IMG/VR virus record: IMGVR_UViG_2579778748_000005
Source: a virus
Lineage: Duplodnaviria > Heunggongvirae > Uroviricota > Caudoviricetes
Length of the DNA stretch: 45,520 bases
Reading direction: 5' to 3' (one strand)
This document shows, in pieces, positions 8,450-18,450 of this stretch. Position numbers and translations under genes: made by a program. The stretch's first letter is position 1; every line of letters starts with the position of its first letter. The notes below the pieces were generated by a model. That model ran no database searches, was not told the DNA's origin, and worked only from the letters and a program-made list of their open reading frames with translations.

Positions 8450-8745
8450 TTCTTACCCCTGAATACGTTAAGCATCTTTTTTATTTCCTGAATATTGGCG
8501 CGTGCTTTCTCCCTGCTGGTGGGCACGTTACGCGGTACGGCCTGCACCAGAGAAAAATCACGATCGAACTGATAAACAGGCATCACGCAATCATATTCGT
8601 AGCCTTCACGACGGTAGGTTACGCGCCGTTCCTCCACGCCCTTAATCATTACCGTGCCGCCGTACTGGTCGCGGTAAATATCACCGCGCATGAATTTAGT
8701 GCGAGTTTTGCCACTGGCAGTTAAGCCAGAATATTTAAGTTTCAT
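8446..8745 (-). CDS. Hypothetical protein, 99 aa, coupled to primase
   Basis: GGAGA SD; stop overlaps the primase start (ATGA). Confidence 0.6.
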   Translation of the reverse strand: MKLKYSGLTASGKTRTKFMRGDIYRDQYGGTVMIKGVEERRVTYRREGYEYDCVMPVYQFDRDFSLVQAVPRNVPTSREKARANIQEIKKMLNVFRGKK

Positions 8746-8750
8746 TATTT

Positions 8751-8978
8751 TTATTCTCCGGTGTGGGGCGCTTTATTATTCTCGTGAATTGCCATAGCCT
8801 TATTGAGTTCATCAATAACAGGTGTCAATAATGTCTGAACAGCGGCAAACATTAATGATGAATGATCTTCGCCACCTTCCGGCACTTCAATTAATTTAAT
8901 TAACAACGCATTCATTTCGCGTGCTTTAATTAATGCGTTTTCAGAGTGGATTAATACTTCAAAAGGGATTTTATGCAT
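8751..8978 (-). CDS. Hypothetical protein, 75 aa
   Basis: ATG at 8978 with GGGAGA SD; AT-rich coding DNA. Confidence 0.5.
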   Translation of the reverse strand: MHKIPFEVLIHSENALIKAREMNALLIKLIEVPEGGEDHSSLMFAAVQTLLTPVIDELNKAMAIHENNKAPHTGE

Positions 8979-9201
8979 CACAAATTTTCTCCCTTATTCT
9001 TTTAATGTCCTCATTAAGGATGTCTGTAACTTTTATCAGCGAGTTTTTGGCAATTATTTTTATTGTTTTAAGTTTTCTTTTGTCGTGCTCCGACTGTGAT
9101 TTTCTCTCCATAATCTCCACCATGTGGGTAACATCAACGAGCGCACGTATCAGTATTTGCATTGCTTCTTCTGCTGCGTCCGGTGTGGTTTTATTGTGCA
9201 T
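8971..9201 (-). CDS. Hypothetical protein, 76 aa
   Basis: ATG at 9201 with AGGGAGA SD; overlaps the next gene by 8 nt. Confidence 0.5.
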   Translation of the reverse strand: MHNKTTPDAAEEAMQILIRALVDVTHMVEIMERKSQSEHDKRKLKTIKIIAKNSLIKVTDILNEDIKRIREKICDA

Positions 9202-9243
9202 AGGTTTCTCCCTGGCGGATTTTTGCAGCGAATACAGCAACAC

Positions 9244-9584
9244 AACCGGACGGGCAACGGCTACGCGCTTCGCGTTCCGTCCAGGCGGTTACGTGGATGA
9301 TTTGAGATTCTCCGGCACTCAGGGCCAGAAAACGCCACACAAAGGCCGTTTGTGTGTGTACAAGGTGTGGTATATGATTTACAGCAACCATAAATTTTTC
9401 CTCTCTATAGTGTTTGTGGTTAGACGCCCCGTATGTGTTTCCGGCACTGCGGGGCGTTGCTCTTTGTATTTCAACAATCCTTTCGGTGTGTTTCATGTTA
9501 TGAGCGCATGAAACACACGTCAAGGCTTTTTGTATTTCTTTTTTTGTGTATACTGAAACACACCGATGATTAGGAGTTTCAGAA
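9244..9584. promoter_or_regulatory. Divergent control region with a 12-bp perfect inverted repeat GTGTGTTTCATG-N9-CATGAAACACAC (9486..9518) and extra GAAACACAC half-sites
   Basis: Palindrome and half-sites (9553..9562, about 9345..9360) seen directly between the minus-strand operon and the plus-strand RHH gene. Confidence 0.5.
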
Positions 9585-9890
9585 ATGGCAACGTCTAACA
9601 AAAACGCAAAATCACAACTGACAACTGTCAGAGTCCCACTAGATGTTATGCAAGGGATGGAATCCGTTAAGCTGGACGGCGAAAGCAATGCCGGATTTAT
9701 CGTAACCGCCATGCGCGGAGAAATAGCCCGCCGCCAAGCAGAAGGCAGCGGAGAAAATCCCCTTGTGTCGTCACTGGATGCCCTGGCTAAGGTCGAACAA
9801 ATCGGCATCAAAGCAGCGGAAGAAATCGGGCAGCTTGTCACCGTTGCACGCGAAGAACTCCAGCGTCGCAAGACCAAAGAACCAGAGTAA
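9585..9890 (+). CDS. Ribbon-helix-helix-like DNA-binding protein, 101 aa (candidate island repressor)
   Basis: TAGGAG SD 8 nt upstream; TVRVPLDVMQGME...GESNAGFIVTAMRGEI fits a strand-helix-helix pattern. Confidence 0.6.
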   Translation: MATSNKNAKSQLTTVRVPLDVMQGMESVKLDGESNAGFIVTAMRGEIARRQAEGSGENPLVSSLDALAKVEQIGIKAAEEIGQLVTVAREELQRRKTKEPE

Positions 9891-9932
9891 TCACCATCAG
9901 CGCCGTGGTGTAAGGTATTACGGCGCATTGCT

Positions 9933-10121
9933 ATGCAGGACAACACAATGACCGATAAAGAATTGACCAAAACATTATCACCGGCACGGAAAAGACGGCG
10001 CAGAAAGATAGAACATGAATCAGAAAGATTCGCGCCATGTGCTTTTGCCCTTGAGCAATTCCTTAAAGAGTACAGGGAAAAGCGCTCATTGCAGGTATGG
10101 CAACGAACTGAACCAGACTGA
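9933..10121 (+). CDS. Hypothetical small basic protein, about 57-62 aa
   Basis: ORF downstream of the RHH gene in the same operon; start uncertain. Confidence 0.35.
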   Translation: MQDNTMTDKELTKTLSPARKRRRRKIEHESERFAPCAFALEQFLKEYREKRSLQVWQRTEPD

Positions 10122-10213
10122 TTGCATTGCCCACCAGCCTGATAGCGGCTATCATCCCCGTGCTTATGTTTGGGATCACACACACAAACGGCGCAGCGGG
10201 TTATCTGTTCAGA

Positions 10214-10245
10214 AAGGCGGCTCCATTTCGGGGCCGCTTTTTTTA
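10214..10245 (+). terminator. Putative intrinsic terminator of the RHH operon
   Basis: Short GC stem followed by a T7 run. Confidence 0.45.
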
Positions 10246-10390
10246 TGCCTGAAAAACCCCAATTTTGTGGTTTTCCAGTCTCACCAGGGCGAACGAATCC
10301 CCGCCCACGTTCTGGCGTATATTCAATCTTCATGGTTATAGCTCTGTGTTCAGATGATTGATGTGTGGCGGCTGTGTGCCGCCAGCGTGA

Positions 10391-10579
10391 TTAATGAACT
10401 GCCTTGCAGCTATCCTTCCAGGCCAGAACCTCGGATAAAGACCAGCCAACGGAACGACCGCCAAGTTTACGACGTGATGGGAATTGTCCGGCCTTTTCCA
10501 GGCGGTAGCGACACGTACGGCTAAGGCCGGTTAGTTTTTCGCATTCTTTTTCACGTATAAACCGATCAGTGCTTAACAC
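10391..10579 (-). CDS. alpA: AlpA-family excisionase/regulator, 62 aa
   Basis: LTGLSRTCRYRLEKAGQFPSRRKLGGRSVGWSLSEVLAW matches the AlpA HTH signature as recalled. Confidence 0.8.
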   Translation of the reverse strand: MLSTDRFIREKECEKLTGLSRTCRYRLEKAGQFPSRRKLGGRSVGWSLSEVLAWKDSCKAVH

Positions 10580-10943
10580 TATTGCCCCCTTTCGTTTCTT
10601 AAAGAGTCATCAGGTGTCTTATTGTGTCGTATTGTTCCCGCTAGAGTGATGAATGGCAAATACTGAGGATGTATGATTTACAGAAAATGAAACAGTAAGA
10701 ATAAAATCTTTTAAATTCATGTTAATACAAAGGAATAAAATATTGTTCCATGCCTTTTTTCTCGCTCTTTAAAGAGTGATTCGCTAGTGTATAAAAAACC
10801 AGTAACACATTAAAAATCAGCCACTTATAAATCCGTACGCTTTTTCGCCTCTTGTTCGTAGTTGTTCCACATTGTTGCTCATTGTTGCACGTTGTATCTG
10901 TTCGCATATCCAGTATGTGCATACTGAAAAAACACGAAAAAAA

Positions 10944-12194
10944 TTATTTTCTTCTGGCTACTGGTAGCGTGGTTACGTTTTCATGTGTTCCCGCCAGTAT
11001 CCCTAACCGCTCCGTCCACATATCCAGCGCATTGCGTTTAGCATCCAGATAACGGGAATGATTATAAACTCGCTGCATTCCTGGCATCTGGTGGCCTGTA
11101 AGCTGCTCCACGACGTGAGGATCCACGCCTAAATCGTTCAGCATCGTTGTAAAGGTGCGCCGGATGTCATGTAGTGACCAGTGAGGGTGATTTAGCCTCC
11201 TGTGCGCTAATCTGCCGTACTGCGACACGCTTGTTTCCTGTTTCACTTCCCCCAGCAATAAGCCCGTGTGCCTGTTCTGCTCCACCAGCTGCGTGACGAA
11301 CGGCAGTATTGCTTCCGGTATGGGCCGGAATATTGCCACCTTCGTTTTGCTGTGTTCTTTCGGCACGGTCCAGAGCATTTCGGTAAAATCCCACTCGCTG
11401 ATCTCCGATAACCTCAGTTCTACCGTCCGGCATCCGAACACAATCAGGAGGCGGATTAACGCGATGTAGTAGGGGGAGAATATTTTTTTGTCCAGTGCCT
11501 GCAATAATTCGCCCAGTTCTTTGGTGTTTAAGACACGCTCGCTTATATCCGGTTTTTTCCCAACGTCCGCCACACTCATATCATCAAGAACGTTGCTGAT
11601 TGCATAGCGCCGCCTCCGGCAGAACTTAAGCGCCTGTTTGCACGTCTGTAGCAAGAATCCGGCAGTAACAGGCGTTCGCTTTGCCACCTGGTCAAAACAG
11701 GCCAGCCAGTGCCGTAGCTCGCATTTATCCAGCGGCATAGCACCAATGTGCTGTATTACGTGATTATTAAGGCGCTTTTTCAGGGCGGCATAATCCACGC
11801 GGTTTTCCTTTGCGTACGACTCAAGCCAGTAGGTGAGCGCATCGCCAACCGTTACCGGCTTTAACGCTTCCTGTACGGTGTAATTAAGCTCATGACGTGG
11901 ATTTTTCCCCTCTGCCAGCCATGCGCGACACTGGGCGGCTTTTTCCCTGGCTGATTTCAGGCTCAGATCAGGATAATTTCCCAGCTTAATGCGTTCCGGT
12001 GGTGCCCCCCTTCCCGTTCCGGCCCTGTAAGTGAAATACCAGGTTAAAAGGCCACTGGTTGAATGCCTGACGCTCAGGTTTCCACCGTCATTAAGAAAGG
12101 CTGTTTTTTGGGCGGGTGTGCCGTTGATTTTCCTCAGCTGTGTATCGCTCAGTTTGTTAAGTGCTCTGCTCATAATTTTGATTCCGGTCATCAC
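10944..12194 (-). CDS. int: Tyrosine integrase (P4-type), about 409-416 aa; start probably ATG at 12173
   Basis: C-terminal catalytic region with R...HxxR...Y (HDIRRTF, YNHSRY); next to attR. Confidence 0.92.
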   Translation of the reverse strand: MMTGIKIMSRALNKLSDTQLRKINGTPAQKTAFLNDGGNLSVRHSTSGLLTWYFTYRAGTGRGAPPERIKLGNYPDLSLKSAREKAAQCRAWLAEGKNPRHELNYTVQEALKPVTVGDALTYWLESYAKENRVDYAALKKRLNNHVIQHIGAMPLDKCELRHWLACFDQVAKRTPVTAGFLLQTCKQALKFCRRRRYAISNVLDDMSVADVGKKPDISERVLNTKELGELLQALDKKIFSPYYIALIRLLIVFGCRTVELRLSEISEWDFTEMLWTVPKEHSKTKVAIFRPIPEAILPFVTQLVEQNRHTGLLLGEVKQETSVSQYGRLAHRRLNHPHWSLHDIRRTFTTMLNDLGVDPHVVEQLTGHQMPGMQRVYNHSRYLDAKRNALDMWTERLGILAGTHENVTTLPVARRK

Positions 12195-12199
12195 AATTA

Positions 12200-12230
12200 A
12201 CTACACCATTAACTACACCGATCGTTGCAC
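12200..12230. repeat. attR core, identical to 1548..1578
   Basis: Exact 31-bp direct repeat. Confidence 0.7.
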
Positions 12231-12421
12231 AAAGGGCTACAACGTGAAACAAGCTGGAACAAGGAAAATCACAAATCTGTTTATAATCAAAAACATAATG
12301 AACAATCTGAAACATTATGAAACGGCAAAAAACACTAATTGATAAAATATGTCCATACTTCACGCATTACGTTAAGCATCCGTTATAATCGGTTGCAGAT
12401 ACCAGCCTGTGGATGCTTAAC

Positions 12422-13543
12422 ATGGAATACCAACTCACTCTTAACTGGCCCGATTTTCTTGAACGTCACTGGCAGAAACGTCCGGTGGTGTTAAAACGCG
12501 GCTTTAATAATTTTATTGACCCGATCTCTCCAGACGAGTTGGCGGGTTTGGCGATGGAAAGCGAAGTCGACAGTCGACTGGTCAGTCACCAGGATGGCAA
12601 ATGGCAGGTCAGCCACGGCCCGTTCGAAAGCTACGATCATCTCGGTGAAACTAACTGGTCATTGTTAGTGCAGGCAGTGAACCACTGGCATGAGCCGACC
12701 GCCGCGCTGATGCGACCGTTCCGTGAACTACCGGACTGGCGTATTGATGATCTGATGATCTCTTTTTCTGTACCTGGCGGCGGCGTCGGCCCGCATCTCG
12801 ATCAGTACGACGTGTTTATCATTCAGGGTACCGGACGTCGTCGCTGGCGAGTGGGCGAAAAGCTGCAAATGAAACAGCACTGCCCACATCCGGATCTGTT
12901 ACAGGTCGATCCGTTCGAAGCCATCATCGATGAAGAGCTGGAGCCTGGCGATATCCTTTATATTCCGCCAGGATTCCCGCATGAAGGCTACGCGCTGGAA
13001 AATGCGATGAACTATTCCGTGGGTTTTCGCGCGCCAAATACGCGGGAATTAATTAGCGGATTTGCCGATTATGTGCTGCAACGTGAACTGGGCGGCAACT
13101 ACTACAGCGATCCGGATGTTCCACCTCGCGCTCATCCTGCGGACGTTCTGCCGCAAGAGATGGATAAACTGCGTGAGATGATGCTCGAATTGATCAACCA
13201 GCCGGAACACTTTAAGCAATGGTTTGGCGAGTTTATATCCCAGTCACGTCATGAACTGGATATCGCGCCGCCAGAGCCGCCTTATCAGCCGGATGAAATC
13301 TACGATGCGCTAAAACAAGGTGATGTGCTGGTGCGCCTGGGTGGTCTGCGCGTATTGCGCATTGGCGACGACGTGTATGCCAATGGTGAGAAGATCGATT
13401 CCCCGCACCGTCCGGCACTGGATGCGCTCGCCAGCAACATTGCGCTGACCGCGGAGAATTTTGGTGATGCACTGGAAGATCCGTCATTCCTCGCGATGCT
13501 CGCAGCGCTGGTCAATAGCGGGTATTGGTTCTTCGAAGGGTAA
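12422..13543 (+). CDS. roxA: Ribosomal protein-arginine oxygenase RoxA (YcfD), 373 aa
   Basis: Translation from MEYQLTLNWPDFLERHWQKRP matches E. coli YcfD as recalled. Confidence 0.95.
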   Translation: MEYQLTLNWPDFLERHWQKRPVVLKRGFNNFIDPISPDELAGLAMESEVDSRLVSHQDGKWQVSHGPFESYDHLGETNWSLLVQAVNHWHEPTAALMRPFRELPDWRIDDLMISFSVPGGGVGPHLDQYDVFIIQGTGRRRWRVGEKLQMKQHCPHPDLLQVDPFEAIIDEELEPGDILYIPPGFPHEGYALENAMNYSVGFRAPNTRELISGFADYVLQRELGGNYYSDPDVPPRAHPADVLPQEMDKLREMMLELINQPEHFKQWFGEFISQSRHELDIAPPEPPYQPDEIYDALKQGDVLVRLGGLRVLRIGDDVYANGEKIDSPHRPALDALASNIALTAENFGDALEDPSFLAMLAALVNSGYWFFEG

Positions 13544-13558
13544 GTTTGAAGTTAAGCT

Positions 13559-13590
13559 GGATGCGGCATCACATGCCGCATCCCTTTTCG
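13559..13590. terminator. Bidirectional terminator between convergent roxA and pepT
   Basis: 10-bp perfect stem GGATGCGGCA/TGCCGCATCC flanked by T/A runs. Confidence 0.5.
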
Positions 13591-13591
13591 C

Positions 13592-14818
13592 TTACTTCCG
13601 TTGCGCCGTCAACTCGGCAATACGGACGATCACCTGCACCGCTTTTTCCATACCTTCCAGAGTCACAAACTCATGCTTACCATGATAGTTGTAACCGCCA
13701 GTGAACAGGTTCGGGCACGGTAATCCCATAAACGACAACTGCGCGCCGTCGGTACCGCCGCGGATCGGTTTCAGTTCCGGTTCAATATCGCAGTCACGCA
13801 TCGCCTGCTGGGCGATATCGAGAATATGCGGATGCTCAACCACTTTCTCGCGCATATTGTAGTAACTGTCTTCAATCACCAATTCAATGTAGCAATCAGG
13901 ATGTAACCCTTTGCCCACTTTTTTGGCGATCTCCATCATTTTACGTTTACGCGCTTCAAACTGTTTACGGTCGAAATCACGGATGATGTAGTGCATATCG
14001 GCCCGTTCAACGGTGCCTTTCATGCTCGCCAGGTGATAGAAACCTTCATAGCCTTCTGTCATTTCCGGGCTTTCATCCGCCGGAACTTCCGCATGAATAC
14101 GTGCCGCCAGCGACAGCGCATTCACCATTACACCTTTCGCTGTGCCTGGGTGAACGTTATTGCCTACAATTTTGATATTGACCGACGCGGCGTTGAAGTT
14201 TTCAAACTCCAGTTCGCCTACGCCACCACCATCAACGGTGTAAGCCCAGCGGGCATCGAAGGCGTCAACATCAAAATGTTTCGCCCCTTTGCCCACTTCT
14301 TCATCCGGGGTAAAGGCGACGCGAATATCACCATGCGGAATGTTTTTCTGTTGCAATACCGCCAGCGCGGTCATGATTTCTGCAATACCTGCTTTGTCAT
14401 CGGCACCTAACAAGGTTTTACCATCGGTGGTAATCAGCGTCTGACCCAGTAGCTGATGCAGCACCGGGAACATAACCGGTGATAAAACTTCATCGCCGAT
14501 ACCCAGCGCAATATCGCCACCGCGATAGTTTTCAACAATTTGCGGATTCACATTTTTGCCGCTGCAATCCGGTGAGGTATCCACATGAGAAATAAAGCCA
14601 ATCGCCGGGATATCGCCAGGGACGTTAGCCGGTAACGTCGCCATCAAAGTGCCCTTCTCACTTAAGGTCACATTGATAAGCCCCATCTCTTCGAGCTGCT
14701 CTTTCAGCAGATGCAATAACTTCCATTGGCCTTCCGTGCTGGGAACCTGTCTCACCCCTGCTTTTGATTGGGTATCCAGAGACACGTAGTTCAAAAATCG
14801 CTCAAGTAGTTTATCCAT
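13592..14818 (-). CDS. pepT: Peptidase T (tripeptide aminopeptidase), 408 aa
   Basis: Translation from [21 protein letters not shown] matches E. coli PepT as recalled; the track ORF has a 14-codon upstream extension. Confidence 0.95.
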   Translation of the reverse strand: MDKLLERFLNYVSLDTQSKAGVRQVPSTEGQWKLLHLLKEQLEEMGLINVTLSEKGTLMATLPANVPGDIPAIGFISHVDTSPDCSGKNVNPQIVENYRGGDIALGIGDEVLSPVMFPVLHQLLGQTLITTDGKTLLGADDKAGIAEIMTALAVLQQKNIPHGDIRVAFTPDEEVGKGAKHFDVDAFDARWAYTVDGGGVGELEFENFNAASVNIKIVGNNVHPGTAKGVMVNALSLAARIHAEVPADESPEMTEGYEGFYHLASMKGTVERADMHYIIRDFDRKQFEARKRKMMEIAKKVGKGLHPDCYIELVIEDSYYNMREKVVEHPHILDIAQQAMRDCDIEPELKPIRGGTDGAQLSFMGLPCPNLFTGGYNYHGKHEFVTLEGMEKAVQVIVRIAELTAQRK

Positions 14819-15067
14819 GTAGTCACCCTCACTTTTTGTGACAACATTATTAAGAAGCAAGAAAAGACAAATATTGCGTCAGGTCACTTTTACCCCTGCA
14901 AGCGGGAATATTTATCAGCATTACCTTAATGAATATAAAGCTAAGCCAGTAATTCACAACAAAGATTGGCGATTCAAGCGGTTTGCCGTAGAATTACCGC
15001 CCTCATTAAGAGTCACCAAGGTGGTTAACCACAAACCCCGCATCGGTAAGCCATCCGTTGCGTTTAC

Positions 15068-16204
15068 ATGGGACAGAGTAAAAAATTGAATAAACAACCG
15101 AGTTCGCTTTCACCGCTGGTGCAATTGGCGGGAATTCGCAAATGCTTTGATGGTAAAGAGGTCATTCCCCAGCTGGATCTGACTATCAACAATGGCGAGT
15201 TCCTCACGCTGCTTGGCCCTTCTGGCTGCGGTAAAACAACCGTTCTTCGCCTGATTGCAGGTCTGGAAACTGTTGATTCCGGACGCATCATGCTGGATAA
15301 CGAGGACATCACCCACGTTCCGGCGGAAAACCGCTATGTGAATACTGTTTTCCAAAGCTACGCACTTTTCCCCCACATGACCGTGTTCGAAAATGTGGCC
15401 TTTGGGTTGCGCATGCAAAAAACCCCCGCTGCTGAAATTACGCCCCGCGTGATGGAAGCCCTGCGGATGGTGCAGCTGGAAACCTTCGCTCAACGCAAAC
15501 CGCATCAGCTCTCTGGTGGTCAACAGCAACGCGTCGCCATTGCCCGCGCGGTGGTTAACAAGCCTCGTCTGTTGTTGCTGGATGAGTCGCTCTCAGCACT
15601 GGATTACAAACTGCGCAAGCAAATGCAGAACGAGCTGAAAGCGTTACAGCGTAAGCTTGGCATTACATTCGTCTTCGTGACTCACGACCAGGAAGAAGCA
15701 CTCACCATGTCGGACAGGATTGTGGTGATGCGCGATGGTCGCATTGAGCAAGACGGCACGCCGCGTGAAATCTATGAAGAGCCGAAAAACCTGTTTGTTG
15801 CTGGGTTTATTGGCGAAATCAATATGTTTAACGCCACTGTCATCGAACGTCTCGACGAGCAGCGCGTACGCGCCAACGTTGAAGGCCGCGAATGTAATAT
15901 CTACGTTAACTTCGCCGTTGAACCGGGGCAAAAACTGCATGTTCTGCTGCGCCCGGAAGACTTACGTGTTGAAGAGATTAACGACGACAACCACGCTGAA
16001 GGGCTGATTGGTTACGTTCGCGAGCGTAACTACAAAGGCATGACGCTGGAGTCGGTTGTTGAACTGGAAAATGGCAAGATGGTGATGGTCAGCGAATTCT
16101 TCAATGAAGACGATCCTGACTTTGACCACTCTCTCGACCAAAAAATGGCCATTAATTGGGTAGAAAGCTGGGAGGTCGTACTGGCTGATGAAGAACACAA
16201 GTAA
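15068..16204 (+). CDS. potA: Spermidine/putrescine ABC transporter ATPase PotA, 378 aa
   Basis: Walker [10 protein letters not shown], signature LSGGQQQR, Walker B LLLDE; matches PotA as recalled. Confidence 0.95.
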
Positions 16205-17051
16205 GTTCCAGAATGTAGTGATTGTCACTATTGTCGGTTGGCTTGTGTTGTTTGTCTTTCTGCCCAACCTGATGATCATTGGCACCAGCTTTTTGACCCG
16301 CGACGACGCCAGTTTCGTCAAAATGGTCTTTACGCTGGATAACTACACGCGTCTGCTCGATCCGCTCTATTTTGAAGTGCTATTGCACTCGCTGAATATG
16401 GCGCTGATCGCCACCCTCGCCTGCCTGGTGCTGGGCTATCCTTTTGCCTGGTTTCTGGCGAAGCTGCCACACAAGGTGCGTCCGCTGCTGCTGTTTCTGC
16501 TGATTGTTCCGTTCTGGACCAACTCATTGATTCGTATCTACGGGCTGAAAATTTTCCTCAGCACCAAAGGCTATCTCAACGAGTTTTTGCTCTGGCTGGG
16601 CGTTATTGATACACCAATTCGCATCATGTTCACGCCCAGTGCGGTGATTATCGGTCTGGTTTACATTCTGCTACCGTTTATGGTGATGCCGCTGTACTCC
16701 AGTATCGAAAAACTGGATAAGCCGTTGCTTGAGGCGGCGCGCGATCTCGGTGCCAGCAAGTTGCAGACCTTTATCCGCATCATTATCCCACTGACGATGC
16801 CGGGAATTATTGCCGGATGTCTGCTGGTGATGCTGCCAGCGATGGGCCTGTTCTATGTGTCCGACCTGATGGGCGGTGCGAAAAACCTGCTGATCGGTAA
16901 CGTCATCAAGGTTCAGTTCCTCAATATTCGTGACTGGCCGTTTGGTGCAGCCACCAGCATTACGCTGACTATCGTAATGGGCCTGATGTTGCTGGTTTAC
17001 TGGCGCGCTTCTCGTCTGCTGAATAAGAAGGTGAGCGAATTAGATGATTAA
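16188..17051 (+). CDS. potB: Spermidine/putrescine ABC transporter permease PotB (287-codon ORF; annotated start may be internal)
   Basis: Multi-TM permease matching PotB; overlaps the potA stop; C-terminus lies at the prophage junction. Confidence 0.9.
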
Positions 17052-17202
17052 TCCTTTATATTCAATGCATTAAGTTTGTTTTTGAGTGGTTTTGCCGTTT
17101 AAGGTAACGACGTTATAGATCCTATCAAAATCAATCAATTCCATTCTGGTTTTGGAGAAAGATTTTTCGAGAGCTTCGGTCTTTAACTAAAACTGATTGC
17201 GT

Positions 17203-17393
17203 ATAATCCCAATACCCCTCCCCGACTATCTGAATGGTCGGGGAGGCACTTCAAGCACAAAATATCATCCCTGCGCCGTTGATTACTCTGCAGGTGAAGT
17301 CGGCCACTCAATATCAGGTGCAGTTGATGTATCAACACGATTCAACAATACCCGATATTTATTCCATGCCTCCAGCAACGATCTTTCTTCCTC
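17203..17393. repeat. Direct repeat copy 1 (tfa 3' end plus downstream sequence)
   Basis: Recurs at 18316..18450 with an internal deletion; the two copies flank the methyltransferase gene. Confidence 0.6.
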
Positions 17394-17549
17394 CGTTGCG
17401 ATTTCCAGATCTACAGCATCCTGCAGTGGCGCAATATACTCACTGAATTCCTGGATGTAGAACTGTGTGGTGACGGTCTTCCAGCCATTCGGCTCCTGCT
17501 GTATCGAAGCATACCAGGCTATTTCAATATCGCTATGCTGCGGCAGCAT
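17283..17549 (-). pseudogene. Tail fiber assembly protein (Tfa) C-terminal fragment, 88 codons
   Basis: Ends ...[44 protein letters not shown], the conserved Tfa C-terminus; N-terminal about 100 codons absent. Confidence 0.7.
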
Positions 17550-17617
17550 TTAACCCCTTGTAATTCATCGCCATAATTGATTTAATTCACAAATAAAACT
17601 ATAATACGGTGAAACTA

Positions 17618-18274
17618 ATGAAAAAAAACACAGATGATGGGGCTAAAATTTACACACCACTTACCCTAAAGCTTTATGACTGGTGGGTTTTGGGAGTATC
17701 AAATTGGCTTGCATGGGGATGTCCTACAAAGGAACACCTTCTTCCACACTTTCTGGAACATTTAGGTAACAACCATCTGGATATTGGCGTTGGAACTGGG
17801 TTTTACCTTACTCACGTACCTGAGAGCAGTCTGATATCTTTAATGGATTTGAACGAAGCTAGCCTGAACGCGGCATCGACAAGGGCTGGGGAATCAAAAA
17901 TTAAACATAAAATTAGCCATGATGTTTTTGATCCTTATCCCGCGGCGTTACATGGTCAATTTGATTCCATTTCCATGTTTTACCTTCTTCACTGCCTGCC
18001 TGGAAATATATCTACAAAAAGCTGTGTAATACGCAATGCGGCGCAGGCCTTAACTGACGATGGAACTCTATACGGAGCCACAATTCTTGGCGATGGAGTT
18101 GTGCACAATAGCTTCGGTCAAAAACTGATGCGCATTTACAATCAGAAAGGCATCTTTTCAAACACAAAAGATTCCGAAGAAGGCTTAACACATATACTCT
18201 CAGAGCATTTCGAGAATGTTAAAACCAAGGTTCAAGGTACTGTAGTAATGTTTTCCGCTTCAGGGAAAAAATAG
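17618..18274 (+). CDS. Class I SAM-dependent methyltransferase, about 218 aa, cargo gene
   Basis: Motif I LDIGVGTG, acidic post-I residue (LMDLN), motif II DSISMFYLLHCLP, motif III LTDDGTLY; AT-rich relative to neighbours. Confidence 0.75.
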   Translation: MKKNTDDGAKIYTPLTLKLYDWWVLGVSNWLAWGCPTKEHLLPHFLEHLGNNHLDIGVGTGFYLTHVPESSLISLMDLNEASLNAASTRAGESKIKHKISHDVFDPYPAALHGQFDSISMFYLLHCLPGNISTKSCVIRNAAQALTDDGTLYGATILGDGVVHNSFGQKLMRIYNQKGIFSNTKDSEEGLTHILSEHFENVKTKVQGTVVMFSASGKK

Positions 18275-18315
18275 CATCCAACCGCAGCACGTTCTTGCTT
18301 AAGACGTGCTGCGGC

Positions 18316-18450
18316 ATAATCCCAATGATTACTCCCTGACAGGGTTCGTAGGCCACTCAATATCAGGTGCAGTTGATGTATCAACACGGTTCAGCAACAC
18401 CCTGCATGCCTTCCATGCCGCCAGCAATGATGTTTCCTCCTTCGTTGCAT
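18316..18450. repeat. Direct repeat copy 2
   Basis: See copy 1 at 17203..17393. Confidence 0.6.

Larger units (their letters stand above)
1548..12230. mobile_element. Integrated phage satellite-like island (PICI/P4-like), ~10.7 kb, with partial capsid module, terS and cos
   Basis: Bounded by identical 31-bp direct repeats; integrase at one end; alpA, primase, iterons, capsid/decoration/scaffold homologues, Nu1-type terS, cosN; no portal, large terminase or tail genes. Confidence 0.8.

Noticed and set aside
9191-10333. 380-aa minus-strand ORF across the satellite control region
   Set aside because: Cys/Ser/Arg-rich low-complexity translation, no SD, and it overlaps a plus-strand gene with a strong SD and regulatory palindromes; judged an antisense artefact.
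12031-12342. 103-aa plus-strand ORF spanning attR
   Set aside because: Runs antisense through the integrase 5' end and across the att repeat; low-complexity hydrophobic translation, no SD.
17609-17617. GTG start for the methyltransferase at 17609
   Set aside because: An ATG three codons downstream (17618) is the more conservative start; either choice leaves the product essentially unchanged.
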